Assembly (NCBI GenBank): GCA_027319905.1
Contig: DAHVMJ010000001.1
Coordinates: 97,421-161,420, forward strand
DNA from: Candidatus Micrarchaeota archaeon
Lineage (GTDB): Archaea; Micrarchaeota; Micrarchaeia; Micrarchaeales; CABMGC01
DNA length: 64,000 nt
Direction: 5' to 3'
Part shown: piece by piece, positions 61,412 to 64,000 of the stretch
How positions within the stretch are numbered: the stretch's first letter is position 1
How the letters are laid out: every line of letters begins with the position of its first letter
Made by a program: the position numbers and the translations under genes
Notes under the pieces: model-generated
The model's database searches: none
Told to the model about the DNA's origin: nothing
What the model saw: only the letters and a program-made list of their open reading frames with translations

Positions 61412-64000
61412 ATGCAGAGGAATGCGGGTCCAAAAAGCGGGAGCAAGACCCAGCAGGGCGATGACCCTCCCTCAAAGAAGGGATCCGCCATGTCAGGCCT
61501 CAAACACATGCTGATGCCGCTCTCGGTTTACTGGCTCAAGGACTTCCTCAAACAGTTCGCTGCAAGCAAGAACTTCCACGATTCGCTCGCAACGATATTC
61601 GCATTCCTGAGCCTCGGCATAGCCTTCCCATTTTATCCACTGCCCGTATTCATAGCTATCGGCATTCTTGTCTTCGCCCTCACCTACCTGGTGCCTCTCG
61701 TGGGGCTGATGGCGCTGCTGCTGCTCACGCTGCCCATGATAATATACCAGGCGCCATTGCTCGCGTGGCTTGTCACCTTGCTTATCAGCGCTTCGCTCTT
61801 CCTCGGGTACAAGCACTACCGCTCCATAGCATATGCGTACGCACTCGCCTCGCTGCCGCTCTCATACATGGGTCTGTTGCTCGAGGTGCCCGGCTTCATA
61901 CTCGCGGTTCTCGTGCTTGGGTTCAAAAGGGGGGCGGTAATCGGCGCGCTTACTGTGGTTGTGGTAGTGATAGTTTCAAACTTCGCAAACGTCCCGGTAT
62001 CCGGTCCCATAATCTATAACTCCCTTCAGGGCCACGCACTGATTGCCAGCCTTCCGTTCGCGTCATACGTCACCGTAACGAAACCAGTTCCGTCGCTTGG
62101 TAACTTCCTGGGCGACTTTTCGTCGTCGCTCGGTTCATTCGTGAGCGGAAGTGTGGTCAGCTATCTCTTCGATGCCTTCTACTATACCGGAGTCGCGCTC
62201 GCATACAATATACAGTACACGGCGCTCCAGATACTGCTGTGGGTCTTTGTTGCGTTCAGCGTCGCCAACTACGCGATCAAGAGCAGATCCGCATACAAAG
62301 GCGCGCTTGCCAGTCTTTTCGGTGCAGTATTCCCTGTTGCCGCGTTCTTCCTGTCTGCGGCCGAGCACACCAGCTTTAATCTCATAATTGTGGTGAGCTT
62401 CCTCATGACTCCGGTGCTCATCTTCATACTCGAAGCTGAGGACATAGAGGTGGTACAGGCATTGGACGTTATGAAGCAGGATATACTGGGCAAATTTGGG
62501 GTCGCGTTCCAGGACCTTACCAGCGGCACTTCAGAAACTCTCGATGACGTTGCTAACTATGACGAAACAAAGCAGGAGCTGAAAGAAGCGATACTGGCTC
62601 CCATAGAGCATAGGGAAATATCCGGCGCGTACAACGTGCGCCCTGCTAAAGGCATACTCCTCTTTGGGCCTCCGGGTACGGGCAAGACGCTTATCATGCG
62701 TGCGCTTGCAAACGAGATAAGATCAGGGTTCTATTACGTAAGCGCGTCTTCGCTGCTTTCTCCGTACGCAGGCGAAGGCTCGCAGGCGCTTACCAAGATA
62801 TTCGCCACGGCAAAGAAGCACGCGCCTTGCGTCCTGTTCTTCGATGAAATAGACAGCATAGCAGGGAGGAGGGACAGACAGGAGAGTCCCGGAGGAGCGG
62901 AACTGATAACAACGCTACTCAGCGAGATGGACGGCTTCAAGACCATCTCAGACGTAGTCATAGTTGGCGCTACCAACGTGCCGCAACTCCTAGATCCTGC
63001 AATACTCAGGCCAGGAAGGTTTGACAAGATACTTTTCATGCCCCTGCCTGACCAGCCTGGAAGGCAGAAGATATTCCAGCACTACCTCTCCAACCTGCCT
63101 ATAGCCAAGGATATAGATTACGCGAAGCTGGCCAGCCTGACCAACAGATTCTCCGCCGCAGACATAAAGAACATCTGCGAAGAGGTAAGCAGGGAGGTGG
63201 GTGAGAAGGCAATCACGAAGCGCGAGGTGCTTGCCATAAGAATGGTAGATGTGGTGCGTGTGGTAAAAGGAACAAAGCCATCTACATCGCTCTCGCAGAT
63301 GGAAGAGTACAATACCTTCAAGCTCGACTATGAGCGAAGGGTGCATCCGGAGACCAAGATAGAGGACGAGAAGAGGGTAACGCTTGACGACGTGGTAGGC
63401 AACGATGACGCGAAGAAGGCACTGCACGAGGCGGTCGAGATACCAATAATGCATCCCGAGCTTCTGAAGAAGTACGACATAGGTAACATAAAGGGCATAC
63501 TCCTCTTCGGACCTCCGGGCACAGGCAAGACCATGCTGATGCAGGCGGTGGCGAACGAGATAGGCGATGTGCACGTGCTCTCAATCTCTGGCTACGATAT
63601 AGCCAAGTATGGCCCGAGCCAGGCAACAGCCGCAGTTAAGGAGATCTTTGATCGCGCCAAGGAGAACGCGCCAGCGATAGTCTTTGTTGATGAGATTGAT
63701 GCCATAGTGCCTTCGCGCGACACGGCGCACCAGACAGGACTGCAGCTCGCTGGAGAGTTCCTGGAAGAGTTCGACAAGATAAAAGAAACCACGGGCGTGG
63801 TGGTAGTTGCCGCTACAAACAGGCCTGATGTCCTTGACCCAGCGATACTTAGGTCTGGGAGGTTTGACAGGCTGATATTCATGCCTCCGCCTGACGCGGA
63901 AGCAAGGGCGAGGATATTCGAGTTGAACCTTCAAAAGGCACCCCTTGACGAAGATGTCGATTTCTCCAAGCTTGCGGAAGTCACAGAGGGCTACACCGGA
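61412..64000 (+). CDS. polytopic-membrane N-domain fused to tandem AAA+ (Cdc48-like D1-D2) ATPase; 3' end outside window
   Basis: Hand translation found no stop from ATG 61412 to the window end (863 codons). This is probably why the ORF track lacks it. About 7-8 TM helices fall in aa 30-330. GPPGTGKT occurs twice (nt 62666-62689 and 63509-63532), each with DEID Walker B and PGRFD/SGRFD. Confidence 0.85.
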   Translation, partial: MQRNAGPKSGSKTQQGDDPPSKKGSAMSGLKHMLMPLSVYWLKDFLKQFAASKNFHDSLATIFAFLSLGIAFPFYPLPVFIAIGILVFALTYLVPLVGLMALLLLTLPMIIYQAPLLAWLVTLLISASLFLGYKHYRSIAYAYALASLPLSYMGLLLEVPGFILAVLVLGFKRGAVIGALTVVVVVIVSNFANVPVSGPIIYNSLQGHALIASLPFASYVTVTKPVPSLGNFLGDFSSSLGSFVSGSVVSYLFDAFYYTGVALAYNIQYTALQILLWVFVAFSVANYAIKSRSAYKGALASLFGAVFPVAAFFLSAAEHTSFNLIIVVSFLMTPVLIFILEAEDIEVVQALDVMKQDILGKFGVAFQDLTSGTSETLDDVANYDETKQELKEAILAPIEHREISGAYNVRPAKGILLFGPPGTGKTLIMRALANEIRSGFYYVSASSLLSPYAGEGSQALTKIFATAKKHAPCVLFFDEIDSIAGRRDRQESPGGAELITTLLSEMDGFKTISDVVIVGATNVPQLLDPAILRPGRFDKILFMPLPDQPGRQKIFQHYLSNLPIAKDIDYAKLASLTNRFSAADIKNICEEVSREVGEKAITKREVLAIRMVDVVRVVKGTKPSTSLSQMEEYNTFKLDYERRVHPETKIEDEKRVTLDDVVGNDDAKKALHEAVEIPIMHPELLKKYDIGNIKGILLFGPPGTGKTMLMQAVANEIGDVHVLSISGYDIAKYGPSQATAAVKEIFDRAKENAPAIVFVDEIDAIVPSRDTAHQTGLQLAGEFLEEFDKIKETTGVVVVAATNRPDVLDPAILRSGRFDRLIFMPPPDAEARARIFELNLQKAPLDEDVDFSKLAEVTEGYTG

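Noticed and set aside
61493-63934. Cluster of minus-strand ORFs (for example 62990-63574, 194 aa; 63581-63934, 117 aa), the only ORFs the track lists here
   Set aside because: All are antisense to the uninterrupted plus-strand frame starting at 61412, which encodes clear TM helices and two AAA modules. The track appears to omit ORFs lacking an in-window stop.
1-64000. Window-wide scan by eye for CRISPR arrays, IS elements or transposases, integrases, toxin-antitoxin pairs and rRNA genes
   Set aside because: No regularly spaced direct repeats, no DDE, tyrosine or serine recombinase motifs, and no rRNA-like conserved stretches were seen. The only repeats found are the short promoter-associated ones reported above. 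A computational repeat search could still reveal dispersed repeats I missed.

Overview
This is a gene-dense archaeal chromosomal segment, roughly 90% coding on both strands. I annotated about 74 protein genes and 6 tRNAs, and saw no rRNA, CRISPR array, transposase or integrase. Most content is housekeeping: an Orc1/Cdc6 3' fragment, RNase P proteins Rpp30 and Pop5, aCPSF2-type beta-CASP RNase, split ADP-forming acetyl-CoA synthetase, Mre11, a DHH phosphoesterase, prefoldin beta, an Lhr-type helicase, gyrB-gyrA, TFE, a GINS-like protein, L44e, aIF2alpha, PAC2, ThyX, RadA, TIM, diphthine synthase, tRNA-splicing endonuclease, two thymidylate-kinase paralogs, PibD-type prepilin peptidase, IlvE, PGI/PMI, Pth2, PriS, L15e, and an L3-L4-L23-L2-S19-L22-S3-L29-SUI1 block. 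Bacterial-type gyrase, a 384-aa three-unit EndA, and tRNAs with multiple or non-canonical introns fit an ARMAN/Micrarchaeota-like DPANN archaeon. That placement rests on memory of the family, not on a search. The candidates most worth follow-up are listed below.
- A 996-aa orphan protein has two metallophosphoesterase-like halves and a long coiled-coil insert.
- A 662-aa protein combines a TM segment, a GHKL-ATPase-like region and an HExxH motif.
- A polytopic-membrane tandem AAA+ ATPase runs off the right edge and is absent from the ORF track.
- A tRNA-Glu-adjacent cassette carries a phage-type NTP-pyrophosphohydrolase-like gene plus a methyltransferase.
- The two divergent tmk paralogs differ in that one lacks the P-loop lysine.
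- A shared upstream motif sits at identical spacing from the TATA box in two promoters.
- A tandemly duplicated promoter-like repeat and a palindromic bidirectional TATA element were also found.
All functional calls come from reading translated motifs by eye. None has been checked against a database.
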